DNA from: Histomonas meleagridis 2922-C6/04-290x
Taxonomy: Eukaryota > Protista > Parabasalia
Reading direction: 5' to 3'
NCBI GenBank assembly: GCA_020184695.1
Contig: JAANOX010000232.1
Location: 186,001-250,000, forward strand
Length of the DNA: 64,000 bases
The notes below the pieces were generated by a model. That model searched no databases, was not told the DNA's origin, and saw nothing but the letters and a program-made list of their open reading frames with translations. The position numbers and the translations under genes were made by a program. Positions within the stretch are counted from its first letter, which is position 1, and the number at the start of each line of letters is the position of its first letter. Shown in pieces: positions 30,404-40,001 of the stretch.

Positions 30404-31231
30404 ATGAAAGACTCTGCAATGCCAAATCCTTTTGCTGTACTTCCAACAGCCCAAGAAAAAAATTCTCGCGAAAGAAGAAATTGGTTAGAAAGATCAAGTT
30501 CTTTTCCACAGGAAGTTGTTTATGAAATTAGCCATAAATTTTTTATCACAAGCATTGCTAATGCATTATCCAAACCAACAACATGTATCATGCAACTTCA
30601 ATCATGCCTGATGAATTCTCCACATCTTAATTCATTATCTGATTTTGTTGCAATATGCACAATTTTTGTTTATAAAAATGTACAAAGAAATTCAAAAGGG
30701 GAACCTACAAGTCAGACACAATCACAAGCTGTTGCTTTTTGGGGAAATGTCATTGATGGAAAATATTCAAATTTTTCCTTTGAACCTGATGAACAAGATT
30801 TAATAATATCCGCCATTGTAGCAGATCCACCTATTTACTCGAAAGATTATGATATCTGTGTTTCTATTGTTACCTTTTTCTGCAAATCCGAAGATCGATT
30901 TTGCTTTGGAAGATTTATAGAAAGGCTAAAACTTGCTGAACTTTCTGATGCTTCTAAGCATTTCTTATCTAAGTGTTGTGAGAAAATTATTGAATCTAAT
31001 TCTTTAATCACGACGAATGAAAGACAATTTCTAATTAGTTATACCAAGCAAAAGTTTACTGAAGAAGAATCAGCCACAAAAGAAGTAGAGCCAACGCCAA
31101 CAAAGCAAAAATTGGATGAATTGATCAAAGATAACAAAATTAAAAATCTTCAAAATTGGTTTCGTCCATATAAATTACTTTACTTTATTTTAGCTACTTT
31201 GATCATTCTTGTAATAGCAGTAATAATTTGA
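30404..31231 (+). CDS. Hypothetical protein with a C-terminal hydrophobic (tail-anchor-like) segment
   Basis: Long ORF with C-terminal LLYFILATLIILVIAVII*. ATG 30404 was chosen because TCATT (Inr-like) lies shortly upstream; the track start 30242 is TTG. Confidence 0.7.
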   Translation: MKDSAMPNPFAVLPTAQEKNSRERRNWLERSSSFPQEVVYEISHKFFITSIANALSKPTTCIMQLQSCLMNSPHLNSLSDFVAICTIFVYKNVQRNSKGEPTSQTQSQAVAFWGNVIDGKYSNFSFEPDEQDLIISAIVADPPIYSKDYDICVSIVTFFCKSEDRFCFGRFIERLKLAELSDASKHFLSKCCEKIIESNSLITTNERQFLISYTKQKFTEEESATKEVEPTPTKQKLDELIKDNKIKNLQNWFRPYKLLYFILATLIILVIAVII

Positions 31232-31524
31232 ATAAAAAATATAGAAATAGATAATTTATTCTGTTTTCGAAAATGAATAAAATCATTAGTGTAAATATAT
31301 TTTCGTTTTTGTTTTACAAAAAAGTCAGAAACAGAAACGATTAAATAACGATCAAAAAGTGGGATATCCCTTTAATGATGTTTATATTTTTGCTATTAGT
31401 TTAATTGGAAAATATTAAACTTATGAATATAACACAATAAGAAAATTTTTTTTATGATACAAAGTAAAAAATATCATAATTCAATCAAAAATTCTTACAA
31501 TTTATTTAATAACAAATACAAAGA

Positions 31525-32115
31525 TTACTGAGACTTGAGTTTGAGTTTTGACTTTTTCTTGATCATATTCATCATGTACATTACATGAATCACAAGAAGA
31601 AAAATTGTTAAAGGAAGAAAATATTTTTGTTTTTGAAGGAATGTATGTGAATGAGTGTGCGTTGCCTTATGCATAGAAATCATTGTTTGTTTCCACTTTT
31701 CGTTGATTGTTAAATCTATATCATATGGGCTGTAGATTGTAGAAAGATAACTTCCTGAATGATCACTGAAGTTTCCATAAGATATATATAACGAATCACT
31801 ATATTTTTTGAATTCCATATTGAATTCATAGAATGTCTGATCATTTTCACCTATCCATACATCCAAAAACTTTGATCCAATAAATGTACTAGATTTGAAT
31901 TTAGCGTCAGCCGATTTTTTATACTTCCCTTCAACATTATCTTTTACAAATATTTTTCCTTGAAAATTTTGTTGTTTTGAATTCGAAATTATTAATTTAT
32001 ATGTATTCAAATTTTCCCTTTTATAAACCTTCTCTCTAGATGTTACTTCCCACTCCCCATTTAACAATTCTTGGAATTGGTGAAATAATATCAAAGAAAG
32101 CAAATATATCAGCAT
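31525..32115 (-). CDS. Hypothetical type I membrane protein (signal peptide + C-terminal TM)
   Basis: MLIYLLSLILF N-terminus, YFLPLTIFLLVIHVMYMM TM and a basic tail. Confidence 0.75.
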   Translation of the reverse strand: MLIYLLSLILFHQFQELLNGEWEVTSREKVYKRENLNTYKLIISNSKQQNFQGKIFVKDNVEGKYKKSADAKFKSSTFIGSKFLDVWIGENDQTFYEFNMEFKKYSDSLYISYGNFSDHSGSYLSTIYSPYDIDLTINEKWKQTMISMHKATHTHSHTFLQKQKYFLPLTIFLLVIHVMYMMNMIKKKSKLKLKSQ

Positions 32116-32196
32116 TTATTTTCGGGGTTACCCATTTAACTGCCAATGCCTTGCATCGTCAAACAGACTTCCTCAATTTTTGAGAAGCCTGGTCGG

Positions 32197-32201
32197 CCTT
32201 T
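32197..32201 (+). promoter_or_regulatory. M5 motif CCTTT upstream of RPL15
   Basis: CCTTT ends 6 nt before the ATG. M5 is the described alternative initiator of T. vaginalis ribosomal protein genes. Confidence 0.65.
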
Positions 32202-32207
32202 CTGTTA

Positions 32208-32822
32208 ATGGGTGCTTATTCATACCTCCGCGCATTATGGACAAAGAAGCAAAGTGATGTCATGCGTTTCATCCTTCGTCTCCGTTGCTGGGAATACCGT
32301 CAACTTCCAGGACTTGTTCGTCTTACACAACCAACACGTCCAGATAAGGCACATCGTATGGGTTACAAGGCTAAGCAAGGATATGTTATCTACCGCCAAC
32401 GTATCAGGAAGGGTGGTCGCAGGAGAGTTGCTAAGAAGAATAGGATTTATGGTAAGAACCGTACTCATCATATCTACAAGTTAACACCAAAGGTTAACCT
32501 TCAAAACATGGCCGAAATGAAGGCAGGAAAGGCCCTCCCATCTCTCCGTCTCCTCAATTCTTATTGGGTTAATGAAGATGGTGTTTTCAAGTATTACGAA
32601 TGCATTTTCGTCGATCCAATGCATCCAGCTATCCAACACGATCCAAAGATCAACTGGATCGTCAGCTCCAAGCACACACATCGTGAATGCCGCGCACTCA
32701 CATCAGCTGGTCGCCGCCATCGCGCTTTAATGGGCAAAGGAAAAGGTTACCGTAAGATGAGACCATCACGTGATGCTGATTGGAAGATCCGCAACACAAT
32801 GAAGCTCCACCGCTTCCGTTAA
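32208..32822 (+). CDS. RPL15: 60S ribosomal protein L15 (eL15)
   Basis: MGAYSYLRALWTKKQSDVMRFILRLRCWEYRQL...RPDKAHRMGYKAKQGYVIYR...LNSYWVNEDG..KYYE...VDPMHPAI..DPKINWI...HRECRALTSAGR. Confidence 0.98.
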   Translation: MGAYSYLRALWTKKQSDVMRFILRLRCWEYRQLPGLVRLTQPTRPDKAHRMGYKAKQGYVIYRQRIRKGGRRRVAKKNRIYGKNRTHHIYKLTPKVNLQNMAEMKAGKALPSLRLLNSYWVNEDGVFKYYECIFVDPMHPAIQHDPKINWIVSSKHTHRECRALTSAGRRHRALMGKGKGYRKMRPSRDADWKIRNTMKLHRFR

Positions 32823-33135
32823 ACAGTAAACAAATTCAATAAGACTTTTAAACAAGAACATAACTTATATGAGCTGAGCGAATTCATCGGGATACTTCTT
32901 TTGGAGCTTACAAAGAATTTGAGAAAATGACTTTGAAGCAATGAATTGATCAAGTGAGTTCATAATGTCGTCAAAATTATTCAAAAAGTTTAAATTTGAC
33001 AATAATTAAATAAAGTTCTGTAGTTTATTTTTTTAAATGAATCAAACAGCAGCAACAAATCAGAAATCTCAAAACGAATGGGAAACATTGACAGCGCTCA
33101 AAGACATAATCTTGGGTTTGAGTATAGATAATTTC

Positions 33136-33478
33136 GTGAACAGGAAGGAATTGATATTAATGATAAGAATATTTAATTGTTTTATTTAGTATTTATTTTA
33201 ATAATTTAATATTTCAAAATATTATGTGGAAATTATTTAAAATATTATGGACAGTACATATTTTAGCATCTAGACATGCTCATACAGAATTAGTTAAATT
33301 GCTTCTTGAACAAAAAGGAATTGATGTTAATGCAAAAAATATTTTCAAATGTTATCGTAAGATAACAAATATTTGGAAATTTTTTAAATTAAATAAAACA
33401 GGGCTTATGTTTGCTTCTGGAAAAGGTAATAATGAGATAGTTAAATTACTTCGTAAGAAGAATTCAGTCTTATTATAA
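33136..33478 (+). pseudogene. Partial ankyrin cassette array carrying the same spacer family
   Basis: EQEGIDINDKN, then an 80-nt spacer (33171-33250), a 90-nt cassette TVHILASRHAHTELVKLLLEQKGIDVNAKN, a 57-nt spacer (33341-33397) and TGLMFASGKGNNEIVKLL. No 5' part is recognisable. Confidence 0.75.
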
Positions 33479-33569
33479 AATTAAATGATAATTTTTCATT
33501 TAGTGATAAAATCAAGAAAAATGTTGATACACTAAACATGAAATCAAATCTTATAAATTTATTTTTATC

Positions 33570-34090
33570 ATGACCCATTCCAAGTGAATAAAGAATATTT
33601 TCTTCAATTTCATAATTCGTCATTCGATAATCTTTCCCTGATCCAATATTATAGAAACATCGCCTAAATGTTTCTGGAACTCGATCGATGAGTCATCAAG
33701 AACATTATACATTAATGTAGCACTATCTTGAAGTGTACACTTGCCAACTCAAGAACTCCACATAAAATATTATGAAAAACAATAGGTCCAATATTATATA
33801 GAATCTAGATGTAATGACATCCAATGTTTTAAACCTGATTCTGAAAAAATTCATTCTGCTTGAACTTTAGATTCTCCATAATGATCATAAATAGAAATAT
33901 TAATCGGATCTTTCCCAATGAATTGGTTGTTCTCTCAATAAAAACAACTTCAATATCATCTGCATTAGTTTGTTATTTAAATGCGTTAAAAATATTTTCT
34001 GCTGCTGTTACATTCGTCGCAAATGTTTCTTTTGGAAGAAAATCTGCACAATACCTCCAACATGTAAAGCATAGCAAAGCATTCACATTT
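33570..34090 (-). pseudogene. Bacterial-type NAD-dependent epimerase/dehydratase (extended SDR) pseudogene
   Basis: Frameshifted pieces YALHVGGIV, DFLPKETFATNVTAAENI, DPINISIYDHYGESKVQAE*IFSESGLKHWMSL (SDR YxxxK motif) and VPETFRRCFYNIGSGKDYRMTNYEIEE. Confidence 0.75.
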
Positions 34091-34155
34091 AAGCAAGAAT
34101 CTGTACACAAGTTAAAAAATTTAGTGATTTGATAAAAATACAAATAATTTACTTA

Positions 34156-34740
34156 TTACAATTGATCTGTATTTTCTTTGTTTTCTGGTATAAGCTCAAA
34201 GCGAACAGATTCACCTTCGTTGTCAAATATATCAAATTCATCTTGGAGCTTTCGACTTGTCGCATTATGAGCATGCTTAAAAAGAACAAAATTAATTATT
34301 TGAAGCGCTCCACCTCCACCACATACAAAGGCTAGCAAAGGACGTTTGAAAAAGAAAAGACCAACAAAAAAGCTAAACCAGATAAATGTAGAAATAAAAA
34401 AGCCTATCCAAAAAATATTTGATTCAGATATCTTTGGAATGAATGGTTCTGGTTTTGAGTATGTACTGATTCTTTTCATTTGGAAATCAATTGACCATTT
34501 TAATCCAACAAGTTGGAGCCCAGATATAGATTTAGTTATGTAAAATTCGAGTAAAAATGAAACTATAAGTAGGATAGAAATTTCACTATCTTTTAGTCTA
34601 AAAATAAGGAAAATAATTAATAATAATAAAGGTAATAGTTTTGAAATTAAGTAAAGAAGAACAGGATTAATTTTAGGTGTTCTTTCATTTTTAGCTTTGA
34701 TCAATGCTTCTACTTCTGTTAGTCTTCCATTTTCGCTCAT
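34156..34740 (-). CDS. TVP23: TVP23/FAM18 family Golgi membrane protein (DUF846)
   Basis: LLEFYITKSISGLQLVGLKW resembles DFW.VKN.TGR.LVGLRW; ESNIFWIGF; four TM segments. ATG is at 34740. Confidence 0.8.
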   Translation of the reverse strand: MSENGRLTEVEALIKAKNERTPKINPVLLYLISKLLPLLLLIIFLIFRLKDSEISILLIVSFLLEFYITKSISGLQLVGLKWSIDFQMKRISTYSKPEPFIPKISESNIFWIGFFISTFIWFSFFVGLFFFKRPLLAFVCGGGGALQIINFVLFKHAHNATSRKLQDEFDIFDNEGESVRFELIPENKENTDQL

Positions 34741-34934
34741 TTCCAACTATTGGAGTATCCCAAAATTGCAGGGCACCCCATGACTTCATTTATAGAAAGT
34801 CAGAATAGAACTTGTTTCAACCAAAATTCAAACCTCAAACACTAAATAAAAGCATTATCATGATTGTATTTTAAATTCTTTTAAAAAAGGAATAGAAATA
34901 TGTTTATTTAATATTAAATAAGGTATACAAAACA

Positions 34935-37388
34935 TTAATTTTCTTGATCAATTTCCTTCTTCAAAGTATCCAAAGATTTTGCGTCGACATTTAATTCATT
35001 CATCAACTTCATTTCATCATTTGAATCTTCGAATTTATCCAAATTTAATTTGCCCAAAAAATATTTCAAATTTTCGAAATATTTCGAATCGTATAACAAT
35101 GACAACGCCAAATGATAATATCTACAATTCATCAACAAATGTATTACATCAAATATTTTCCCTTTATTTAACAATGATTTCAACACGAACTTAAAGATAT
35201 CGAAATCGAACAAATTTATGTTGTTAATATAACAATAAATGTAACCAATTTCGATAAAATCAAATTTCATTAATAATTTTGCACATTCAATTTTCTCATC
35301 GATTTGATTTAATAAAGCAGCGGCATAAATATATTTCTTTAATTCTATAAATTGTTCGATATAACTATAAATTAAATTGCAATTTTTCGCCATAATTAAT
35401 TCTTTTGGAAATGTAAAGATTAAATTTTGATAAATTTGTTTCGTGTCTTTAAATATGTTCGGATCACGGAAAGGAACTTTAAAGTTAAATAAACATAAAA
35501 TAATTTCGATATCATCGATTTTATTTTTAGATGTATCAAGAATCTTTCCGATATAATTTCGAAGTTTTTCCATATTTTCATGGCTAAAATAATTTGGTTT
35601 ATTTATATTTATTATTAATTCTTCTTTACGCTTCTTAATAACACGTGTAAATTCATGAATAAAAACTCCAAAATTTTCAACGCTAAATTGAATGGCGTTA
35701 TCGTCCACGTTCAAAAGCATTGAATCCGACACATTCAAAATTTCAGTTTTTTCGAGGTTTGAATTTAATTTGAAAATTGAATTTCGTGTTGAAAAATAAA
35801 AATTTTTTTTGTAAATATAAATCGAATTATAATTAAATCGAATATTATTTAACATACTTTTTTGTTCTATGTCAAAAGAATAAAGTGTACTTCCAGAAAT
35901 TGCATAAAGTATTGGGTAATCGAAATAAATTTTTTGATATTTCAAATTTCCATTTTGATTTATATTGATATTAATTTCATGAAATTTTTTGTCTAAAAAC
36001 TTTAAACCATTTAATTCGAGTGATAAACAAATTATTATTTCATTAGAATCATTTTTACTTATTGCTAAATCGATAATTTTCGGAAAATAAAAATATGTAA
36101 ATGAATTATGTAAAACTGAATACAAAAGAATTTTATCTTTAGTTAATGCAATTAATGAATCATTTTTAATGTATTTATAATTTATAATTTCTGTCTCATC
36201 AAAAAGAATCGTTTTGTCTTCGGAATTATTAATTTCGATTTTATATAACGACTCATTCGAATATATAATTAAAATGTTTTTGCTTAAGAAAAACATTTCA
36301 TTAATTGGCAAATCAAATGAAAACATTGAAATAAATTCGTGATTTTCATTAATAACACATATTTCACCTGTGGAACTTTCATATGCTATTTGTTCGAAGT
36401 CAGTTGTATATTTGTTTTGTTTGGATAATGACGGAATTCTTAAATCTTTGGAAATAATTAATTCTCCATTTTGTACTTCTAAATCTAAAAGTTTGTAATC
36501 TTCTGTAAGAATATAAATCCCATCTTTATGAGGATAATATGATTTAGGATGACTTTCGTTGAGTAAAATAGAATTTGATGCATTAAAACTGTCGTCTGCC
36601 AATTGAAAAAGTGAAAATGAATTGTCACTTTTTTGGGAGATGATAAATGGAGTAACATCAGAATTAGTAAAAACTCTTGTGAAATATGATGAACTTTTCT
36701 CGGTGTTATTAACTACTTGGATGACAGAATCTATGTGCGTATTTAAAAAATGTATTTGACTTGGTGATGTAGCTATGAACATGTCAAGAGAATTTGTATA
36801 GAATATATCAACTATTGGATCAAACTCAAGGAGTTGAAGAAAACTTTCTACAATTTGCATTGGCTTGTTTTTGTCTTCTCTTATTAATTGACATACATCA
36901 CCCGTTTTGGATAACACAAGTGCAATGTTATTATTTGTTGGGCATAGTACAAACTTTTCAACATGAAAAGAAGCCGGGAAATTGATCTTCCAGTCAATTG
37001 TATAACGTGGTGAATTGTGATTTAAAGAAAGTTTGTAATGAATTAATTGATCATTATTAGAAATAACAAAAATTGAGCATGGGAAACAATTGTCAAAATA
37101 AACAAGTTTTGCAGAAAATGAAAAAACAAAAATGTCATGAGTTTGAGCATCATAAAAATATAATTTTTGATCAGCAATTGCTAAAGCATGTATTTTTTGG
37201 GAATAAGGACTTTCATTTATGGTAAGAAAATCACATGGAGTTTCTATGAAAAATGATGAATCAAATTCTAGTGAAGGTAATTTATATTTGTATAAATAAA
37301 TCTGGTTATTTACCGAAAACGTAATATAGCTGCTCCCAATTGCAGCTTTATCAATTAATCCAAAAGATACAGAAGGGATGAAATTCAA
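34935..37388 (-). CDS. WD40-like beta-propeller protein, WDR11-like; no in-frame ATG at the 5' end
   Basis: SPYSQKIHALAIADQKLYFYD resembles WDR11 SPYCLRLASADVNGKIIVWD. C-terminal YAAALLNQIDEKIECAKLL and LLNKGKIFDVIHLLMNCRYYHLA resemble the WDR11 helical end. Comparison is from recall only. Confidence 0.6.
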   Translation of the reverse strand: MNFIPSVSFGLIDKAAIGSSYITFSVNNQIYLYKYKLPSLEFDSSFFIETPCDFLTINESPYSQKIHALAIADQKLYFYDAQTHDIFVFSFSAKLVYFDNCFPCSIFVISNNDQLIHYKLSLNHNSPRYTIDWKINFPASFHVEKFVLCPTNNNIALVLSKTGDVCQLIREDKNKPMQIVESFLQLLEFDPIVDIFYTNSLDMFIATSPSQIHFLNTHIDSVIQVVNNTEKSSSYFTRVFTNSDVTPFIISQKSDNSFSLFQLADDSFNASNSILLNESHPKSYYPHKDGIYILTEDYKLLDLEVQNGELIISKDLRIPSLSKQNKYTTDFEQIAYESSTGEICVINENHEFISMFSFDLPINEMFFLSKNILIIYSNESLYKIEINNSEDKTILFDETEIINYKYIKNDSLIALTKDKILLYSVLHNSFTYFYFPKIIDLAISKNDSNEIIICLSLELNGLKFLDKKFHEINININQNGNLKYQKIYFDYPILYAISGSTLYSFDIEQKSMLNNIRFNYNSIYIYKKNFYFSTRNSIFKLNSNLEKTEILNVSDSMLLNVDDNAIQFSVENFGVFIHEFTRVIKKRKEELIININKPNYFSHENMEKLRNYIGKILDTSKNKIDDIEIILCLFNFKVPFRDPNIFKDTKQIYQNLIFTFPKELIMAKNCNLIYSYIEQFIELKKYIYAAALLNQIDEKIECAKLLMKFDFIEIGYIYCYINNINLFDFDIFKFVLKSLLNKGKIFDVIHLLMNCRYYHLALSLLYDSKYFENLKYFLGKLNLDKFEDSNDEMKLMNELNVDAKSLDTLKKEIDQEN

Positions 37389-37443
37389 GGTTTTTGGTTT
37401 GTGAGATAATAAAAATGTAAATATTTAAACATTCAAATTAAAA

Positions 37444-39087
37444 ATGTCAATATTGGTAAACGGCCCCTATATCAGAAAGGCGGGGAAAATTGTAATGGGA
37501 GCTTTGTTCTCCATACCATTCAACTTTTTTTATGATACAAAACAATTACAGCCATTAGATGAGAACTGTGATCTCAGCAAGGAAAAAATTGATTCAATAG
37601 TTTCAAGTTTTGATGACAACGATTACGAAGGACATATTGACAATCCAACATGGGGAGATCCTTGTGGACTTTACCTTGAGGGCTTAAAGCGTAGTTGGGA
37701 CTCGAAAAGCTTTGAACAATTTTTACAAAAAAATCAAATTCCTTATCTCAAAGTTTCAAAGAAGAAAGGTGATAACTACGGGCTAATTTATTTTGATAAC
37801 AACAAAGACAGAAAAAAGGCATATAAAATGCTTACGGTAGAAAGATTCCAAGAAAAATTATTCTATGTAAATCCACTTCATAAAAACCTATCAAAGACAA
37901 TTGAAGAATGTCATAAAAAGTACAAATTAAATAAGGTTTCCAAAAGTATTGTTGATCGTGTTACTCCATGGCTTAAAATTGATTATCAAGAACAAATTCG
38001 ACAAAAAATTCTTAAATGTACAAAGTTGCTCAGTCCAATAACGCAACATATAACAATTAATGTAGTTCCTGCACCTAAGCTTCAATATTATTCAAATGAT
38101 GTTGAACTTACAATTGGCTATGACCAAAACCATAATGTTTGTATTGGATTTAATAATGGTCCTAAACTTAGTAATTACATTTCTCCAATAAATGAATGTG
38201 TTAATGTCCCTGAAAATGCATTTCCACTTAGTGAAAGAATTCTCGATTTCATAAAGAATTCAGGAATTCCTCCATTTGATAAAGTTAATGTAACAGGGAC
38301 ATGGAAATTTGTTCGAATCAGAGTTAACTCATTTGGGGAAGTTATGTTATCAATTGTAACTTATGGAATTATTAACACATCAATTATTTCCAGATTTAAA
38401 AGTTTATTTCATGACATAAATTCATTGTATTGGATTGAGACTAAATCAATCGAATCTTATGGAAAAGATTGTGTTTTTCATCATATAAATGGGTTTCAAT
38501 CCATAAAAGAAAATATTTTTAATTTAGAATTCCAAATTTTCCCAAACACAATATTCCCAACATTTTTGGAAGGTAATGAACTTCTTTTAAGACAAATTAT
38601 TGATAATATTGATAATCAATCAATTGTAATAGATATTGATTCAGGAATTGGAACTTATACATTTCCAATTTCTTTACATGTTCAAAGAGTTATTGCATTT
38701 GAACCTAATCAAGAACTTTTTGAGCAAGCCAAAAGAATTCAAAGAATTAATAATATAAAAAACGTTCAATTGTTTAATGGTTATTTCGAAGATCAAATTA
38801 AAAGTGTTTTATTAAATAATGATACCCAAAATATTGTAGTATTAGTTCATCCTCCTCAATCGGGCCTTAGAAAGAGAACTCTTTCTTCAATAAGATCAAC
38901 AAAGAAAATTAATAACATCGTATACGTGACGAGTAACCCTGATATGTTAGTGTCTGAATGGAATTCTTCATTTGGAAAAGAAAGTAATAATTATAATTGC
39001 GAGCCATTCGAATTTAATAAATGCGTAGGAGTCGATCTTTTCCCGAATACAGAAAGAGTTGAAGTCGTTGTATCATTCCAGCGATAA
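37444..39087 (+). CDS. TRM2/TRMT2A-like tRNA (uracil-5)-methyltransferase homolog with RRM; catalytic motifs degenerate
   Basis: RRM-like GLIYFDNNKDRKKAY; VTPWLKIDYQEQIRQK; ELTIGYD; DIDSGIGT; HPPQSGL; YVTSNP; VDLFPNTERVE. The start may be the ATG at 37495. Confidence 0.85.
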   Translation: MSILVNGPYIRKAGKIVMGALFSIPFNFFYDTKQLQPLDENCDLSKEKIDSIVSSFDDNDYEGHIDNPTWGDPCGLYLEGLKRSWDSKSFEQFLQKNQIPYLKVSKKKGDNYGLIYFDNNKDRKKAYKMLTVERFQEKLFYVNPLHKNLSKTIEECHKKYKLNKVSKSIVDRVTPWLKIDYQEQIRQKILKCTKLLSPITQHITINVVPAPKLQYYSNDVELTIGYDQNHNVCIGFNNGPKLSNYISPINECVNVPENAFPLSERILDFIKNSGIPPFDKVNVTGTWKFVRIRVNSFGEVMLSIVTYGIINTSIISRFKSLFHDINSLYWIETKSIESYGKDCVFHHINGFQSIKENIFNLEFQIFPNTIFPTFLEGNELLLRQIIDNIDNQSIVIDIDSGIGTYTFPISLHVQRVIAFEPNQELFEQAKRIQRINNIKNVQLFNGYFEDQIKSVLLNNDTQNIVVLVHPPQSGLRKRTLSSIRSTKKINNIVYVTSNPDMLVSEWNSSFGKESNNYNCEPFEFNKCVGVDLFPNTERVEVVVSFQR

Positions 39088-39315
39088 ATAAATTTTTATA
39101 GTTTTGTCGAAACAAAAGCAACTTTTGAATGTTTTCTTTATGAGCATAACAAAAACCATAAAATTTAAGAATTTTTTTTTATCAATTATGATTGTTTTTA
39201 AGTCTTAGAACGACCAAAGAAACTTCTTTTTTTGTCTGTTCAAAAACAAAAATTTTGCATTGAATTATTATAGTAAACAATTGAAAAAATTCAATTGCGA
39301 AGAGATCACAATTTA

Positions 39316-39325
39316 TCATTTCATT
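39316..39325 (+). promoter_or_regulatory. Tandem Inr elements TCATT-TCATT upstream of RPS30
   Basis: Two adjacent TCATT end 16 nt before the ATG at 39342. Confidence 0.6.
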
Positions 39326-39341
39326 TTCTTAATATAGAGAA

Positions 39342-39530
39342 ATGGGTAAAGTACATGGTTCACTCGCTCAAGCAGGAAAGGTTCGCTCTAACACTCCAAA
39401 GGTTCCAAAGATGGAAAAGGAAAAGCCAGTACGTGGTCGAGCAGCAATGAGGAAGCATTATAACAAATATTATCTTTCAATGAACCCTGATGCTAAGCAC
39501 AAAGTTGGTCCAAACTCACAAAATAAATAA
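39342..39530 (+). CDS. RPS30: 40S ribosomal protein S30 (eS30), not ubiquitin-fused
   Basis: MGKVHGSLAQAGKVRSNTPKV...RGRAAMRKHYNK...GPNSQ. Confidence 0.97.
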   Translation: MGKVHGSLAQAGKVRSNTPKVPKMEKEKPVRGRAAMRKHYNKYYLSMNPDAKHKVGPNSQNK

Positions 39531-40001
39531 ACAATAAATAATTTTATAAAATAAGTTATGACATGTATTCACTTCAATTATTCAATCTCTATGTATCTAT
39601 GAAATATATTAACATGTGAGAAGCTTTTGATGGCTTAATATAGATCAAATAAGTCATGAGTATAAAATTCTTTGTGATATTTTGTTTCATCCTTCTATAA
39701 ATTGTTGTGAAGTTTACTTAAACGTTCAAAAAAATAACGTTCATTAGCTTCTGCAAAATTCCCATCGCAATCTATTGCTCAAGAAAACATTTCTTTCGTG
39801 CAAAACGAACCGTTAATTCGGCAGAATTCAAAACCAAATGCAATCCCAGGTGTTTAAACTTCGTACAATATTTTTTTATCTTCACACGCCAGAAAAACTG
39901 ATTTTGCACAATTTTCCTTAAATGTAATCATACCTGTCATCTGCCATTCATTATGTTCTTCTTTTGACTGATTTATTTAAACCTTATTTTTTGAAACTCA
40001 A

